Shown: piece by piece, positions 12,229-27,446 of the stretch
How positions within the stretch are numbered: the first letter of the stretch is position 1
Layout: every line of letters begins with the position of its first letter
Assembly (NCBI RefSeq): GCF_009914755.1
Contig: NC_060929.1
Direction: 5' to 3' (one strand)
Length of the DNA: 64,000 nucleotides
From: the human T2T-CHM13v2.0 reference genome, Homo sapiens
Translations under genes and position numbers: made by a program
Notes under the pieces: generated by a model
What the model was told of the DNA's origin: nothing
The model's input: the letters and a program-made list of their open reading frames with translations, nothing else
Databases searched by the model: none

Positions 12229-15207
12229 CTGGAGACATAAGAAAGAAATGAATGAACATTTTAATATAAAAGCGTGGTGGGTAATAAACTCAAGTTAAAT
12301 AAATAACAGCTGGGAGCTGAAGAAAATTGCATAGCTATTTCACATAATAACTGGTGCTTATGCTGTACAAGTCTAACAAGAGGAGCTATTGATGAGTGGG
12401 TCTTTGGCATGGAACGCTTTTGATGCAGTTTTAAGTAAAATTGCACAGTTTATAGTTATACAGCAGAAGGTACACTGTTAACCATAATTTTAACAAGAGG
12501 ATCTTTATTAGCATATTTTTTTACACAAGGGTGGTTGTGTTTCACCTAAATTACCCTTCAGTTTAGACACTGAAGCATATATCACAGTTGATCATGCAAA
12601 TAAAAATCTTTTGAATCTTTAAAATATTTCTCCCCACTGTGTCAGGGTTAAGAGGATAGAGAAATGAAAAAGATTTCAGTAAGAGCAGGGATGCATTTTT
12701 CTCTCCTGGATGTCTTTTTGAGATTTCTTGTACGTTTTTCTTTCCACATTAGTTTGGTTCATCAGACCAAAGTCCCCCTCACTACTATTACCATCACCCC
12801 ACCCCAAAAAATTCCTGCTAATTAAGGGTCTTAGATCTGTTTCAAATTAAAAAAAAAAACTGGTGGGAATGGCCCAAGACATAATTTAGACACTGAAACC
12901 ATCTCATAAAGTGACTGTGAACCCAGTTTGCCAGAAGAGACACAGGCAAAGATGTTGTCTCAGAGAACTTTGACTAAAACAATGAGAAGAAATGACCTAC
13001 GCTTCTCCTTATATTAAATGGGGAAAGGGATTAAAACTGAAACCCACAGAGATATGTTTATTCATGCGACCTCTTACAACCAAATATAATAATTGTCTGT
13101 AATTGCAGCTTCAGCTCCCACCTCATGCTTTGACATGGGAAACAGCAATCAGCCCGCTCCCGTTTAATCCACCTATTATGTTGACTAATTAACTTTGCTC
13201 GACAGTTTATTTCTTCCTCCATTATCAGCCCCTGTCAGCCGCAAGCACCCTGCAGCATAGGGGAAACCTCAGGCTCTTTGATTGATCACCGATAGATTGA
13301 CATGCAGATTAATTTAATTAGAATCACCTCACTTGAGAAATGAAAGACAATGGCAAGAGGGCTAATAGATCTGCTCTCATAATGAGGCGAGCCTCCAGAG
13401 CGAAGGCTGAGGATTTCTGATTTATTTTGCTCAATTCCCCAGTTGCTTGGAAAGACTCTCGCTTTAATTGTTCTTGGTTTTGAGAGGCATTAGCCTCTGA
13501 AGAGGTGAACCGCTTTACAAGGGTTGGCACAGATGGAGGCCTCAGTTTCTGAGGAAGCCTTTTCTCCAAGTTGGCTGAAGGGGGCATCGACTTCTGAAGA
13601 GTCTTGTGTAACACTCTTTCATCAGCTAAGCTGGGCAGAGGGGAAAACGCCAGGCCCTGGCCTATGCCTGTGAATTGTCAGCTTGGACGCCAGTCCCCAC
13701 AGTCTTCCCATACTTAAAAGTTCCACTGTCCTCCTCGTTGACCTAAGTGCATCCTGGCAAAATACGATGAATTTCCTTTCCCAGAGCCTCAAAGATGCCC
13801 ACGAATTGCAGGCTATGAACACATCACCCATACTAGTAGCATAAGGTTGATTTTGTTTTCTAAATCTACTTAATTAAAATGCATAGGAAACAGTTGAGAG
13901 TTCAATCAGGGAATCAGAGTATTCTCCTTAGCCACTGTGAAACCCCAAATTCCATCTAGAACAAATCATTTGGGGGATGACATGTAAGTTTGATGCAGAA
14001 GTTTGCAGAGTGGTTCTTCTCTTTATTCATGATTGACCAACCAGATCTGACACAGCCTTATGTGTAAACACAGCTTGTATGTTTACAGGTTAATTTAAAA
14101 GAAAGAAGAAGAGAAGAAAACGGTCTACTATTTTGCCTTCAAAAACTATCATATGCAGTGGCAAAGTCAATATTATTTAAGGCAACAGAAATTCACTTTT
14201 CTTTTTAGAGAGACGACTTCTTAGGACTTACAATTACATAACAGAGCTGGGTCTTTCAAAGAAATTTTGATTTACTATGAGACCACAATTGAGCGGTCAC
14301 TGGAGTCGTTAGCTGAAGAAACTATAAAAGGAATCCCAAACCATATCTGTTTTCAGTGTCAGGAAATACAGAAAGTGGTTATTCTAGATGTCTGTCTTAG
14401 GAGGAAAAAAAAAAAAACAATGACAATTCACCATGCACCTGTAAGACACAAGCTCTACAAACTTAAGGCTTAAAATATTCAGTATGTTTCAAAGACACTG
14501 TCATCTAATCCTACATTGAACAAAAATGTCAAAAACGGTTAAGGAAAAAAAAACTACACCCCATATGTTTTTCTTTTCTTGGCAAGAGAAGAACCACCAG
14601 GGCCACATGTGTGATAGAATCATTTGGCTGAAATGCCAATCAAAATTGGAAAAAAGATAATACAGAGAATCTTTATACTTTTAATTTCTAGAAAATAAGC
14701 AGCTAATACGTTCCTCAAAAACTCACAGCACAACTTCCCTACCACAAAACAATTTCTCCCATTTCAATTTGGAAATATTCAGGATATATTTAAATAAAAC
14801 ATATGCTAAAATTAATCCACAGAGCGACTTGTAAATTAAAAAAAAAAAAACACTGTGAGATGCAAAAGGGGTACTGAAGTGTCCTTTAAAAATAGGCCCA
14901 TGGTAGGAGGGAAAAGGGCCTTTACAGTTTACCACATAATTAATAAGGTGCTGACACATTCACACAGGCAAGGGGACAGACAAGCCTGCCAAATCTTCAA
15001 CCTTCCTAAATTTTGTCAATAAAACACAGCCTAAATTTGAGACAGATAAACATTAAAAATGATTTTACCTTTGGACACAACAACACTTTCCTTCTTTCTC
15101 CCCTTTTCCACTCCCCTGCCCAGAGAAACAGATGATGAGAATACGAAGGAAAAGATATGTTTAGAATTTCACGATATCTGTTATAATTACACCTTTACTT
15201 TCTAGAA

Positions 15208-15399
15208 CTGCACTGTCCAATACAGAAGCCAAATGCCTGGCTATTTAAATTTAAACTAAACGACATTTTAGATTCCCTTTCTGAGCCTCAATAGCCACAC
15301 TGAGCGTTTCATAGCCATAGGCGACTATTGCCTACTGCATTGGACACGGTGAACAGGGAATTTTTTTATCATTGCAGAATGTTCTATAGGATGGCACTG
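15208..15399. mobile_element. MER3-like hAT-Charlie MITE
   Basis: Decayed terminal inverted repeats ctgcactgtccaata / tataggatggcactg; flanked by ttctagaa and ctctagaa, the Charlie-type NTCTAGAN TSD. Confidence 0.8.
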
Positions 15400-15869
15400 C
15401 TCTAGAATGGTTTTGAAATAAATTGTGCACTTGATTCTTGAAGATGCCCAAGTTATATCTCCTGAAATAAATATCAGCCTATGTAAACAGGTTTAGATTT
15501 ATACATATATGCTTTAATCACTATATTTTTGGAATGAAATTTCTATTAGGGGGCTTTGCTTCTTAATGTGGCAATCTAGAGATATGCTGATTAACACTCA
15601 GCATGTTCCAGGGTACTTTTCATCTGGGCCTTCCTTTCTAGTTGAGAGTATTCGTTATAAGAGAACGAGAAGGGCAAAAAAGAAGTTTCTAGCTACCCAT
15701 GGACTTTGGATATTTTACACTGATGTTTTCAATTTCTTGGCTCATATCAGTGGTTCAGAATCTCCTCTGTTATATCCTTTTCTGGATAGATATCCCTAAA
15801 AGGTATTATTCCAATCCCCCTCTATTTAGAATTTGAAAGAACTAGACACAAAATTTCATCCTTGGCTCT

Positions 15870-16050
15870 CAAGCTTTCCTGGTTGATGTGACTTTGGCCA
15901 GGTTAACTTCTCTGAGTCCCAGTGTCCCTGACTCTCAATGGGAATAACCACCATACTTAACTCATAAGGTAACTGTGAGGCTTAAATTAATTAAAGTGGC
16001 CAGCATGGTTCCTGGTTCACATGGAGCACTCAATAAACATTAGTAGCAGT
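15870..16050 (-). mobile_element. MIR fragment
   Basis: tgtgactttggccaggttaacttctctgagtcccagt...gcactcaataaacattag. Confidence 0.7.
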
Positions 16051-17065
16051 AATAGAGTAGTAGTTGTCAATTTGTGGGTGATGTTAAACAAGAAGTTCAA
16101 AAGAATGTGTCGGGTTGATAACCTGAAGTATCTTAATGACCGTAAAGAAGACCCAGCATACACTGTAATTTTAAATAAAAGGATACAGAAAGTGTTTCTT
16201 CTATGTCCACTGCTCAACACAAACGTACAATTTTAAAGACCTTTGTGCTAGTAACACATTATTACACATTTAGGCCTTGCATGAATTGCGGTTTTCATTG
16301 GTTTATATAATGTCGCTTTCTAGACCCTATCTGTATCTTAGCCTGTTACATTTGAGGCTTTATTATAACTAAATGAAACCTTACTATTCTGAAAATAGTC
16401 TGTAAATGAGATGTCTCATCAGTTCAGTCTAGTTTTCCCAATATTTCCCATCAATGAGGATTTCTCAGGAGTTTTGTTATTGGTGAGTACTTCCTCACCA
16501 TCACTTCTCAGGCAGCCCCTCTTCCCTTCATGTCAGGCAGGAGACCTTGTATGTCCTAACTCTATTATCTAAGATTCATGAAGCATAACCTCTGTCTCAT
16601 GAGCAGATTTTCAAAAAGACACAAGCAGCTAAATTCAATCATGAGTGGAAGATCACATTAACAAAAGTAGCAGTTTGTGGGGAAGAAGGGGTTATGACAA
16701 AAGCAACCAAACATGTTGAAATTTGTATCTTTAAGCATTTCTCCAACAAACACAGAATCAGAGCAAAGATTAGACCATAAATATATTTTTGAAATTTAAA
16801 TTTAGAATATTGTGACAGTTAAGTATTTCCTTCCAAAAAATAAACTCTTCCTCACGTTAATTTTGAATGATTATTTAAAAATTCCAAATCTTGGTTTTCA
16901 GTGCTGATACATGGTAACTCAGTAAAAGGAAATCAGTGTTAAAGTTAGTCAGTTCTATGCTTCCTAACCTCTCTGTTTTTTGCTTGTTGTACTTTTGCAT
17001 TAATTTAGGGCCCCTAATCACAAAGCTTTAAAAATATTAACTTGAAGTACACTAAATGAAAAGCA

Positions 17066-17690
17066 CTGGGCAGCATTTCATGGAATAATACTCAGCAATA
17101 AAAAGGAACAAACTATTGATATCCCAGGGAATTATGTTGAGGGTAAAAAGCCAGTAACCAGGGGATACATACTGCATGTTAAGGGCTGAATTGTTCCTCC
17201 CCCAGAAATTCATGCATTGAAGGCCTGATCTCCAGTACCTTAGAATGTGACTGTATTTTCAGATAGGGCTTTGATTACTTTAAAATGAGGCCATTAGAGA
17301 GGTCTCTAATCCAATCCTCACAGGAGGAAATTTGGACACACAGAGAAGGTGAGTATGATTACTAAAAAAGGACAAGATGAGGGATCCTTGTGGTGATGAA
17401 AATTCCCTATATAAGGACTGTGGTGTTAGACAAAGCTAGACACATGATACAATTTTATAGAACTAAAAATACACCCACACAAACAAGTACTAGTAAAACA
17501 AGGGAAACCTGAATAAGATGGTAGATTACATGAATGTCCATATTCTGGTTGTCATATTGTAAAATAACTTTGCAAAATGTTACTGAGGAAGACTGGGTAA
17601 TGGGTACATGGGATCATTCTGTATTACTTCTATAACTGCATGTAAACCTAAAATTATGTGAATAAAAATCTCAACTAAATAAAAGGCATT
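17066..17690 (+). mobile_element. Old L1M 3'-end fragment, interrupted by a MaLR LTR piece
   Basis: atggaataatactcagcaataaaaaggaacaaactattgata...ctgcatgtaaacctaaaattat is typical of L1M 3' UTRs. Confidence 0.8.
17176..17348 (+). mobile_element. MLT1-type MaLR LTR fragment
   Basis: tgttaagggctgaattgttcctcccccagaaattcat...cttagaatgtgactgtatttt...gaaatttggacacacagagaag. Confidence 0.75.
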
Positions 17691-18582
<892 letters not shown>

Positions 18583-19193
18583 AGGTATTGATCACACTTC
18601 TACCCTCAACCCCCTATAGTCTACATTCTACATTCTACCTGTCAGCTGAACTACTTTGCAGACTCGTCAAACGTTAGAGTCACAAGAGACTCCAGAGATC
18701 AGCTAATCTAGTGGCTCCTAACTAAGAGTTTTTGACTGTAATAATGGGTGACATTATTGCACAGAGGGAATCATAAAAGCATCCACAGTAAGGCTGCATA
18801 CTGAAATATTCAGTTAACTTTCCCTTGTCTGGGACCCTATCAACTCCATGTGGAAACTCTGGTTATCTCATCTACATGAGAAGCTCTCAACTAGCAGTTT
18901 TACATGGCTTTAAAGAACTCTAAAGAGAACGTGATTCTTAATAAATGCAATTTGATTGAAAAATATGTCATCATAGGAGGTTCATAGGAGAAAATGATAA
19001 AAGGAGTCCTCAATATAAGTTATGGCAGTCCAGATTTGTCCAACACCTCCTTTTACAACTTGGAAAACTAAGGCCCAGGAGTTTAAAAAAACAACTTCAA
19101 GATCATAGGACAAATTAAGAGCAGAGGCAAGCCTGAAGGGAAACCTGTAGACTCACAGTGCAGTTCTCACCCACCCTCAGTTCTGGCCTTTCA

Positions 19194-19482
19194 TTTTTTT
19201 TTTGAGATGGAGTCTTGCTCTGTCACCAGGCCGGACTGCAGGGCGTAATCTCGGCTCACTGCAACCTCTGCCACCCAGATTCAAGTAATTCTCCTGCCTC
19301 AGCCTCCTGACTAGCTGGGACTAGAGGGGCACACCACCACACCCAGCTAATTTTTATATTTTTAGTAGAGACGGTGTTTCACCATGTTGGCTAGGATGGT
19401 CTCGATCTCTTGAGCTCGTGATCCGTCCATCTCGGCCCCCCAAAAGTGCTGGGATTACAGGTGTGAGCCAACACAGTTGGCC
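19194..19482 (-). mobile_element. Alu (AluS, Sc-like)
   Basis: Full reverse Alu with 12-bp TSD tctggcctttca at 19182-19193 and 19483-19494. Confidence 0.95.
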
Positions 19483-20189
19483 TCTGGCCTTTCAGTACAC
19501 AGTCCTGGCTTACATCCTCTCTCTGGACTCTCCTAATACTTCCAGTACAAAATCTATGGTGCCTGTGTGACCGACTACAGTTTGAGTATTATTTACATAA
19601 AAATAGTTTGCAGCAGTTAGGTCTTCATTAACTTTGTCCTTTAAAATATCCTTGGCTGATATGAATGCGATATTCTCAGAAATGTTCCTGATTGCTAGCT
19701 TCTATCTGGTTGAAAGATTCCAAATAACTCATTAAAAATTATGGAGGACGCGTGAACCTACAGGATGTCATGGAGTGGAACTGCTGGAGTAAAGGAGTGG
19801 TTAATGGAATTACATTCGCACTTTAAGGCTTGAGGCAAAACCAGCTCTTAACAGGAAGACAAGAACAGACACTTCTAAATCCTCAGATACATGTGCTAAG
19901 CTAATCTAGACCTTTGGAAACTAGAATTAGCTTCTGTCTCCTGAACGGTGACACATGATAAACATGAAAAGCTCACAAGTCATCTGAACCTCATTCCTCC
20001 CTCTGTGGATCAGGATACTTTTGACTACTCTTGAGGGTGTCATTGGTGTTTAGCTGGTGCTCTCTGTGTGTGTGTCCTCATTGGCCATTTTAGGTAGGAA
20101 TGAGACAAACAGGATTGTCATGTGTGCTCTGTAACGATGGGGCTATGGCATACGGACATGGAAATCAGGAGCAAGAAAATGGCATATTG

Positions 20190-20900
20190 GTCAATGGCTC
20201 AGATTCCAGAGTCAGATGATCCTGAATTTGATCCCCAGTCCCATCACTTACTTGCTTGTAATCTTAGATGAGTCACTTAGTCATAGGAATACGTGGTGAG
20301 CCCACTATGTGCCTACCATGTGCCAAACATTATTCTATGCACTGAAGAAGCAACAATGAACAAAACTGATAAAGCATTTACCAAGCAGGAGTTTAGTTCT
20401 TACTGGGGACAGAGAGAGAGTCAGACAATAAGTAAGCAATAAAAGCAAATTTCAGATTGTGATAAGTTCTAAGAAAAAATAAAATATCTTCCACCTAGAT
20501 GATTCCTAGGTGGGAGATATTTTTAATTGGGTGATTAGGAAAGGCTTCTTTAAGGAAGTGACAAAAAAAGAGGAAATTTTATTTTTTGTATTTTTAGAAG
20601 AAATGGGGTTTCGCCATGTTGGCCAGGCTGGTCTCAAACTCCTGGCCTCAAGTGATCCACCTGCCTCGTACTCCCAAAGTGCTCGACTTACAGGTATGAG
20701 CCACCGTGCTCAGCCTGAAATCTGAATAAAAAATATCCAGTCATTCAATGTGTCAGAAGAGTTTTCCAGGGAGACAGAATAGAAAGTGCAAAGATCCTGA
20801 GGCAGGAATGAGTTTGGTGTATGTGGGGAAGAAAAATGAAGGAAGGCCAATGTGCTTGACAGGACTAAAGCAAACAAGAGAAAAAGTGGTAGAAAAATAA
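20190..20900. mobile_element. MIR plus L2 fragments
   Basis: ccagagtcagatgatcctgaatttgatcccc (MIR); gagcccactatgtgcc...agtgcaaagatcctgaggcaggaatgagtttgg (L2). Confidence 0.7.
20577..20715 (-). mobile_element. Alu left-arm fragment inside the L2
   Basis: tttttgtatttttag...ggccaggctggtctcaaactcctgg...gagccaccgtgctcagcc. Confidence 0.9.
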
Positions 20901-22044
20901 GTAAGATTATACATGTATAACACTTAGTACGTTGTCTGACATATAACTAGAGCTCTACAAGTTACAACTTAAAAAGTGGAAGAATATAAGGATACCTTTT
21001 GCTGGTAAATCCCAACAACTATAGGCATCTTCAGAGCCAGCATCCATTGGTAATCACTGATCAAACCAAACACTTTTACATTCATCCTTTAATGTATTTT
21101 ACATTTCCTTTAAAAGCAGCTGTGTTTAATGTAGAAATACATGTTCTCTAAGTGCAGGGCGACCACTCATCAAATGCTGTTCATAAAGATTCCTTCTCAG
21201 TGATGCACACTTTCTGCCAAGGCTCAGCATAAGGCTCATGCCAAGATACATATTTGCCCAATAAGCCATAATGGTTTAATATATCAGGTTGAAAATCACC
21301 ATTTGTATTTACCATGTTATGTGACTTAATCCTGTATTCTGAAACTATCATTAGAGCTGCTTTCAGTATAATTAATCAGCATGGAGCCTCTTGAAATTAT
21401 TCTGTATGAAGAGAGTGATCGCAGCTCGGGCCCCTAGCATTCTGTTGGTAGAGAATTTAATTGCAAGATGTGCTATTTGTCAAAACAACATAACAATATA
21501 AGTACATCCAAGACAGGGGCTGGGAGTCGGTGGAGGAGAAATAAAGAAGCACATATTCTTATCCCTTTTATGTAAGTGTATTTAAAGCAGACAGAAACTG
21601 CAGAGGTCAGGCATGTATTTTAAGAATCCTCTAATCATTCCCTAAAACATACGGATCCAGAGATACCATGGCTTGTTAAGCAAACAGCAAAGATTCTCCA
21701 AAATTTCTAGAATTTACTTGAAAAGGCAGGGAGTTGCCTTTTAATGTCATAACTCATGTCATCATTTTAAAAAGCAAAACACATTTTTGGTGGGAATTTG
21801 GGATGAATAACCCAGTGGTTTCTCCTCTTCTTTACTATCCAAATGACTAAGATGTGAGGCAAGATTGTTTGCCTCCTTAGATAAACATGAGGTAAACATG
21901 AGTTTTGTGTTTGCTATTCCCTTTGCTCAGAACCCTCTCTGGCTCTTCCCAGGATGGTTTATCCTTATTCTTGATCTCTGAACTTGAGTGTCCTCACCTC
22001 AGAACGCTTTCCTGGTCACCTACTTTAAGAGAGGTTGTCTCCCT

Positions 22045-22232
22045 TCTCTACTAAAAAAAAAATCTAAAAATTAGCCAGGGGTGGTGGTGCGTGACTGTAG
22101 TCCCAGCTACTCTGAAGGCTGAGGCAGGAGAATCGCTTGAACCCAGAGGTTGCAGTGAGCCAAGATGGCACCACCACACTCCAGCCTGGCAACAGAGCCA
22201 GACTCCATCTCAAAAAAAAAAAAAAGAAAAAA
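22045..22232 (+). mobile_element. 5'-truncated Alu (linker plus right arm)
   Basis: tctctactaaaa...ttagccagg...gactccatctcaaaa; probable TSD aagagaggtt at 22027-22036 and 22232-22241. Confidence 0.9.
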
Positions 22233-22379
22233 AGAGAGGTTTTCATCTCCCACCCCACACTGTTTTTCTCTCTCATAATAACCTGTTTAATTTTCTTTAT
22301 AGCAGCAGTTACAATTTCTAATATTTGTAATTGTTAATTTGTACACATCTTCATTGCAGCTAATGGCAATTATTCTACA

Positions 22380-22750
22380 TACATCCATTTTCTTGTCTTC
22401 ATGGGCTGCACAGCTAGACCATGCAAGCCTCCCTATGATTGCATATGACCATGTGACTGACTTCTAGCCAATGGAAGTGAGCAAATTTGTAAGCCAAGGC
22501 TTTTAAAAAGCACATGGCACCCTTCATGTGTCCTTCTCCCATCAGAGGACTGGATAAAGACAGCAGGGTTCTGTAGAATAGGAGAGGCATAAAATAAAAG
22601 GAGTCCAGGTCCCCAAATAACCTCAAGGACAACACCTGCTCGTCAACCAGGAACACCTGCCTTGTACCATTATGTGAGCAAGAAATAACCTTCTGCTGCA
22701 GGTGAGCCATTCGATATTATATGTTCTATTTGTTACAAGAGCTAGTATCA
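22380..22750 (+). mobile_element. Old MLT1-family LTR fragment
   Basis: gaccatgtgactgacttctagccaatgga...gagcaagaaataaccttctg...tttgttacaagagctag. Confidence 0.7.
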
Positions 22751-24624
22751 TCCCAAGAAGAATATAAGTTTCATTAGGGCAAAGACCTTATCTTTCTTAT
22801 TCATCATGATAGACTCACCACTTAGCACTTCAATAAATATTACTGAATGCACGCATTCCTGCATGTGTGCATAACTATGTCTTCTATTTACATTCATATA
22901 TAGTTATAGATCTAATATTTATACGTGAATATAGATTTATAGCCAATGGAAAAACTTTATTGAAGAGATAAGATGAATTTGGAAATTTATACTTTACTTC
23001 AGTCTCCAGGTATTATGGTATCTATTGCAATGACAGCTTGAACCTGATTCTTGTTCTTCCCTTACCACCCTCATTCTGCCAGTCCCCAAAAGGAAAGCTA
23101 TTGATAAAAATTTAAATCTTAAGGTTGAATTGTCTGGCTCCTGTCGGTTAAAAATCAGACTGAAGCATGGTTTTAACATAGTCCTTTGACATTAGCATCT
23201 TTTTAGTGTCAAGACGAAGAAATAGGATTGTTTAGTCATAAGTGAATTTCTCCCTGTGTCGTGAGCTATTTCCATCCCCAGCTTGCTCCCCTTCTCTTTC
23301 CTCCAGCCTTCCTCATACCCACCAGTCCTTAACAAAGCCTGTATCCACTGTTGTATTTAAGCAAATTTCTTACCCTAACCACAGCCTAGGGATTTCAAAA
23401 GAAAGCATCCATTGTAAATTAAAAAAAAAAAACATTGTGCCAGATTTTCTACAAGGTTTATTCCATACTGCCTTAAAGTATGAACACAGCCCAGCTCTGC
23501 AGAAAGTGATTAATTTCTTGAAAACACTAAGGTCACACTAATTGACACGACCTGTGTAATTAAGCAATCTCTGTTTACACAGCAGAAGCCCAGCCACTGT
23601 GAAGCTGAGTTTGCTTGACAGAATGTCTTTCCATGTCAAGAGATCAACAACCTTTCTTATGTCCTCCTCAGTCACCTACACAGGCCCCTGATTGCTGTTC
23701 AGAGGAGACACGCTCCTGCGTTGCTATATGAAGATCAGGCTGGCCGGCAAGCATACAAAGTGAGATGGAGGAAAGCAGCGGCAGTGACCACTGCACAGAC
23801 CCTGCTTAGTAGGCAAGAGAGGGTGTCTTCAGTCAGATGTGCCAGGACTCAGGTTTTCAATAAAACTGGTAAAAGCCACATTGACATGTAAGGAGGAGAC
23901 CAGAGTTTTTTTGTGCCAGAAAGACACTCTTTCACTCACCCTCAGAGGCAACAGAGACATAAAAATATTTGAAACCAGCCTCCCAATTAGTGTGCTATGA
24001 GAAAAATGCTAAAAAGTATAGGTCTTACTCATAAGCAATCTTCAACCAATATCATTATGACACACACCTCTGTAGCCAGGACAGCTACAGCAAAGACTAA
24101 TCCTCCCTGTCTTGGTTCGGTCCTAAGACTTGGGAAATTTAGTAGGATTTCTTAGCAGACTACTCTGAGATGTCTTCGGGGTGATTTACTCATGCCCCAT
24201 CTAGGTGAGGAGCTCTCTTGCCTTGGAGAATTGACCAAACCCTTTACAGGTTAAGTGAAGTTCAGGTTACCTGCTAAATAATAGCTTGTTTTTCTAAAGT
24301 CCCTGCAAGTAAAAATTGATCAACACTGTAGCTGTACTCTGGAAAAATGTTCATGTTTCCTCACTTCCACACAACTCTACCCTCTGCATGATGAACTTTG
24401 ATTGTGTGTCAATGTTCTTCATGCAGATGGCACCTTTAGGCTCTGCTAGGACAAATATCTCTTTTGAAGACCCCTCTCAGGCTTTCCTGGGATTCCAGCA
24501 CATATTTGTGGGGGGTCATTAGGGCTCTCAGATGTTACGAGATCTCTTTATAGCCTCACTAAATATCTGCTCACAGACTATGGACAATTTTTTTTTGTTG
24601 TTGTTCCAAAACATCAGAAAATAT

Positions 24625-24860
24625 CTGAGTCAGACTGCTTGGATTATACCACTGCCTTACCATTTAGTTGATGTGTGACTTTGGGTAAATTGCTTAACTG
24701 TTCTAAAATGTTTCCTCATTTTAAAAATGGGAATAATCCACATTTCCATATTCTTAATAAGGGTATTTTGAAGATAAACATGATAACTCATGTAAAATAC
24801 TTTGCACAATGTCTCTCACTAAAGAAGCACCAAATAAATGTTAGCTTTATCATCATCATC
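24625..24860 (-). mobile_element. MIR
   Basis: gagtcagactgcttggatt...tgtgactttgggtaaattgcttaac...aaataaatgttagc. Confidence 0.75.
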
Positions 24861-25054
24861 GCTACCAATATCGATAGAAGCACATAAAGGTAAACACATG
24901 GACACATGCATTTATACACGTGAACATGGAACATGCTGAATATAGACACAGTTATCTTCCCAGCATTTAATGCAGTTAGGAATGAACCAAGACAGAGAAC
25001 CTAAGAAGCTTGGGGTGGAGGCAAAACGAACAAACAGAAAAACACCTGAGGATG

Positions 25055-25420
25055 ACAGTGAGTTCAGTTTGGGGCTGACTGAGTTGAAGTTCCTGGAAAT
25101 ATCCAGCAGACATCTGGACAGTTAGATCTAAACCTGGGTGTCAGGTCTCAGAGATTCTGATACCAGAGTTCTCAGTGCATAAATAGTGGTTAAGATGCTG
25201 TGACTGGAGAAGATACTGGAGAGAGCCTATAAAATGGGGAAAGATCTGGACTTCAGAAGGAGACCTGGAAAAAAACAATATTTACAGAAGACAAACAAAC
25301 AGCATCCCTTGTAGGGAGTTCAGAATGAGTGACTGTTGTTATATAATTCAAGAAAAAAAAATGGATTCAAAAAGGGTGTAATGGCTGCCAGCATGAAATA
25401 ATACAGAGAGAGGTAGGAGT
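25055..25420. mobile_element. L2 fragment
   Basis: tgagttcagtttgggg...gagttgaagttcctggaaatatccagc resembles L2. Confidence 0.55.
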
Positions 25421-26006
25421 AAATAGTCATGAAAGAGAAAAAGACTGAAGAAGAAAAAATAAAAGGTTGGGTTAGAGAGATTTGAGGTTTTGCTTTAACT
25501 CTCGAGGCAATTCATCCATCCTCTAATTACACAAATATCCATGCACCTGCATGCATGAAACCCAATGTTGGTTGTATGAAAATAATAAAGAAATGTATTA
25601 ATGTACAGGGATAAAAAATAAAATGTGACAGTGTTCATTCTGCCATGGGTTCCTCCATCCTCTTCTAGGCAGCAAAGAGTGGGTGATGGGAACAAAGCAG
25701 GTTAAACCTGAGACCCAATAAGGAATTTGTCATTGTTAATAAAGGAAGACACGGCTCATCCTTAACTCAAAAACTGACTCTATGGTGGCCAAGGTAGCTG
25801 CCCCTATTGATCTATTTTAGGACCCATTTGAGAATCACAGGCAAGAGCATTGTCAGTGTCAGAGTTCAGATAAATCATATTTATTTGAAAGACAGTATGG
25901 ACTTTGTGCTGGGCAGCTCTCACGCTTAATCAAAGTGTGCAATTTTTGGGACAGTGGCACTGTCACCAGTAAGAGCTTGTCAGCGGTTATCAGATATAGG
26001 ACTAAT

Positions 26007-26247
26007 CAGTAGTTCTCAGTCAGGGGCCATTTTGCCTCTCCTCTCTCCACCAGGGGACATTTGATAATGTCTGCAGACATTTTTGGGTGTCATGATTGGG
26101 AGGTAGATGTTCTCTACTAGCATCTGGAGGGTAGAGGCCAGTGACACTGCTAAACATCCTACAATGCATGGGGGCACCCCCCATGATTGACCCTAAAAAG
26201 GATTATCCAGTCTAAAATGTTAACTGTGCCCAGGTTGAGAAACCCTA
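26007..26247. mobile_element. MER20 (hAT-Charlie) DNA transposon
   Basis: cagtagttctca...ggggacatttgataatgtctgcagacattttt...gggtagaggccag...ctgctaaacatcctacaatgca...ggttgagaaacccta. Confidence 0.88.
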
Positions 26248-27075
26248 GACTGAACTCATGATCCATCTTCAGTTTGTCACATGGATTTTCTCCAAAGGCT
26301 TGCATTTGTATTTTATCACTTACAAATTAGCTATACATGCAAAATATTGCTTTCTTTCATATGTAGTGATATAAGCAGAAGTGTCAATTTTCCTCCATTT
26401 TACAGTTGAGGAAACTGAAGCTCCAAAGGATTATAAGACTTTCCAGATATCTATGTTGTGCCTCCTCATCTCAGCAGCCTTTCTACTAAACAAAGAATAA
26501 CTATTTTGTTTGCAAAATAGAAGCTTTGTAGATGTTCTCAAAAATAATAGACTAAATTGGTTTCTCATCTTGTATAACAGGTATATTTCTATAATTCAAC
26601 CTTTTCAGACATTTTACTAGTAGGTTCCACAAAGAAAAGAGAGCCCCTGGAAGTTCTACACGGATGCTCTTTTAGGTTCCCAGTGTCATCAAAGTCCATC
26701 CCAAACTCTGCTGCCCTAAGAGGTACAGCAGAGTTAATCCTGGTATACATTAGGCATTAGACATGTTTATTAGACATACACTGTTTCACGCCCAGCTATA
26801 CTTTGCTCCTAACTCAAGCTTTGGTCAAAAGAAATATAAGGTTCATGTCAAGACCAAAGCAAGCTACAAAACAGTTTATTCCAAAATTCAGCCTCATGTT
26901 GCAAGACCCTAAGCAACACACACTTAGTAGCACCACATGTGTGGTTTTGCCAGCTTAATTGCAAAGTTGACTCAAACATAACACAAAAAATCCTCTATGG
27001 GAATGAGAACACCAAGTTTGAAGTCAGATGACCGGAGGAAACATTTTGCAAGAAACTAGAAACCTCCCCATTCCT

Positions 27076-27446
<371 letters not shown>

